Shown here: in pieces, positions 61,520-64,000 of the stretch
Layout of the letters: the number at the start of each line of letters is the position of its first letter
How positions within the stretch are numbered: the first letter of the stretch is position 1
Source: Octopus sinensis
Lineage: Eukaryota
DNA length: 64,000 nt
Direction of reading: 5' to 3'
Assembly: GCF_006345805.1 (NCBI RefSeq)
Contig: NC_043015.1
Span: 930,001-994,000 of the forward strand
Notes under the pieces: model-generated
What the model saw: the letters and a program-made list of their open reading frames with translations, nothing else
Told to the model about the DNA's origin: nothing
Database searches by the model: none
Program-made: the position numbers and the translations under genes

Positions 61520-61896
61520 CTAGCAGTATCGCCCGGCGTTGCTCAGGTTTGTAAGGGAAATAACTATAAAGCATTTTTAGAGAGTTATAGCAAAAAAATA
61601 GCAAAAAAATGGAAAAAATGATGGTAAATTTTTTTTGAGAGTTAAAAAAGGTGGAGTTGCGCCCCCTAGACAGTTTGTGGTTTGTGTTTCTGATTCTCGA
61701 CCCCATGTCGATTTTATCGATTTTTCAGAGAACTGGGGGAACTTTTCAAAATTTTCTCTGCGTTAGTTTTGAATTATGACATTGGGCTATGTGTGTGTCA
61801 AGTTTCATCAGAATCGGTTGAAAGCCGTGGTCAGGGTGAGGGTACGAAAAACAGACACACAGAAAACACGCACAGACAAACTGCCGTTTATATAGA
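61520..61896 (-). mobile_element. non-autonomous Helitron, second subtype
   Basis: A|TC 5' end and CTAG|T 3' end on the minus strand. The 3' 110 bp or so are shared with 21562-21959; the 5' part differs. Confidence 0.85.
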
Positions 61897-61925
61897 TATA
61901 TATATATATATATATATATATATTC

Positions 61926-62012
61926 TTTAGCTTGGCTAAAAAGTCAAATTCGATCACAGCACCAAACAGTTAAGCTTCGGCAATGGCCATACTCGATAAC
62001 GAGGGGGCAGCC

Positions 62013-62014
<2 letters not shown>
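61926..62014 (+). mobile_element. LINE 3' end, about 90 bp (same family as 62308-62550)
   Basis: Inverted copy of 62308-62400. Confidence 0.8.
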
Positions 62015-62090
<76 letters not shown>

Positions 62091-62113
62091 CACACACGTC
62101 TACTTATAGTTCG

Positions 62114-62145
<32 letters not shown>

Positions 62146-62216
62146 TATGTATATATATATGTATATATATATATATATATATATAATTATTATATATATA
62201 TACATATTTATATATA

Positions 62217-62307
<91 letters not shown>

Positions 62308-62309
<2 letters not shown>

Positions 62310-62550
62310 GGCTGCCCCCTCGTTATCGAGTATGGCCATTGCACGAAGCTTAACTGTTACTGGTGCTGTGATCGAATGTGACTTTTTAGCCAAGCTAAAA
62401 TATACAATGTCTTGTACAAAATTGGCAACTAAAACCTTTACTGGTACTAGCCTGCTGTAGTTGTAACTGGGCTTCATGTACCTTTGCATGTCGTTTAAGT
62501 CCTCCTGCCGAATTACACTCTCTTCCACATGCCCGACTGGTATGATTAGT
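62308..62550 (-). mobile_element. RTE-like LINE 3' end encoding two C2H2-like motifs
   Basis: ACGRECNSAGGLKRHAKVH and, after a frameshift, FSCQFCTRHC/ILAWLKSHIRSQHQ* (stop 62357-62359). A short 3' UTR runs into (TA)n. Confidence 0.75.
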
Positions 62551-62554
62551 ATAT

Positions 62555-62639
<85 letters not shown>

Positions 62640-63229
62640 CCATACATATATGAATGCAAGGATGCTTGGTTGTTGAGTTTTTGCGCGTGTAGATGGACAA
62701 ATAATCAAGTACACGCAGGAGCTAGATATTTACACACATGCTAACACATGAGCGTACGCATTTGTGTGTGTGTATATGTTTCTATGTGTGTGTATGTGTG
62801 TGTGTTTACATTCTTCACGTAACCGAATACTTTAAAGGTACTCTTCGACATAATGTGATGCAGTTTAAATTCTGATTGCGTAATGAATTGTCGTTTTCTT
62901 TAATCTACCTTGATCCGCAAATCTGAATGGAACTGGAAAAAAAAAGCCGTATGGAAGCCTTATTCGATGGAATGTATCTGTGAGCTGAACATTTAGCATT
63001 GTAAAAAAACATTGCATTATTTTCGTATGAAGCTCTAATTAAGATTGTGTGAGTGTGTACTTAGCAATCCATCATTTAGTGTCTAATTCTGCAAGCGTAG
63101 TTTTTCAATTAATGCAACATCTATTAACGCGTGGCGAAAATTACTTCAACAGCTTAATGATAATAATAATATTAATATTAATAATAATGATAATAATAAC
63201 AACAACATCAACAACAACAGTCATTTCTT

Positions 63230-63390
63230 CTGGAAGCAGAAGGCCTCAAATTTGTGAGGGGACAAGTCGACTACATCGGCTCCAGTGTTCGTTCAACTGG
63301 TACTTAGTTTATCGAACCCGAAATGATGAAAGGCAAACTCGGCCTCGGTGGAATTTGGTCTTAGAGCGTGAGAACACACGAAATACCGAC
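63230..63390 (-). mobile_element. SINE family A (A2)
   Basis: Minus-strand body match. Confidence 0.7.
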
Positions 63391-63575
63391 GATGACGATG
63401 ATGATGATGATGATGTGATGATGATGATGATGATGATGATGAGGATGGTGGTGGTGGTCGGTCGTCGTTCGTTGTGGTGGTGGATATAATAGGGTTATGA
63501 TATCGATGATGACGACGACGACAACGGCGATGATGATAAAATATTTTTTTGCGTGACCGTACATGCTTACCTATT

Positions 63576-63623
<48 letters not shown>

Positions 63624-63642
63624 TATATATTATATATATGTG

Positions 63643-63718
<76 letters not shown>

Positions 63719-64000
63719 ATATATATATATGATATACATACATATGCACACGTTATATTCACGTATTCACACCCTGGGATATACGCTCATGTGTGTTTGC
63801 GTTTGACTATTTATATGGTTCACATGCATTGTTGTCTAACCTGTTAGCTCAATACTTATTTTCATGTGTTTCTATAGATGGCGCTTTTATCGCTCTATTT
63901 TACAATGACATGACTATGGCGCGTCCACACATCCTGTATATTAAATTTAGCTAGGTGTCAAAATTTTCCTTCAGCATTATTTACCTTGACCGCCCTCCCT

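Larger units (their letters stand above)
55380..63750. repeat. dense (TA)n/(CA)n/(TACA)n microsatellite fields (also at 12.8-13.6, 14.6-14.7, 25.1-25.5, 32.2-32.4, 35.1-37.7, 39.1-39.3, 40.9-41.3 and 48.2-49.5 kb)
   Basis: Directly visible. These produce the IYIY, CVCV and THTH ORFs in the track. Confidence 0.95.

Overview
This is AT-rich, microsatellite-dense eukaryotic DNA with one 100-N assembly gap (49125-49224). The repeat families look like those of an octopus or other coleoid cephalopod; this is inferred from recognising the repeats, not from a search. No host gene can be called with confidence, and almost all ORF-track entries are microsatellite or SINE read-throughs. The window holds at least four tRNA-derived SINE families, a near-complete but dead IR/DR-type Tc1 element with a SINE inside its right TIR, mariner/Tc1 fragments, several MITEs, non-autonomous Helitron/HINE-like elements, 3' ends of RTE LINEs and several Penelope-like element (PLE) remnants. 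The most notable signal is absent from the ORF track: seven recognisable type I hammerhead-ribozyme motifs from four unrelated sequence families lie between 36.5 and 60.3 kb. Two pairs sit in divergent inverted repeats and one lies downstream of a GIY-YIG endonuclease remnant; several decayed copies are also present. A low-confidence minus-strand spliced coiled-coil gene model is proposed (exons 31894-31936, 29180-29230, 19392-19517). Most repeat boundaries are approximate.
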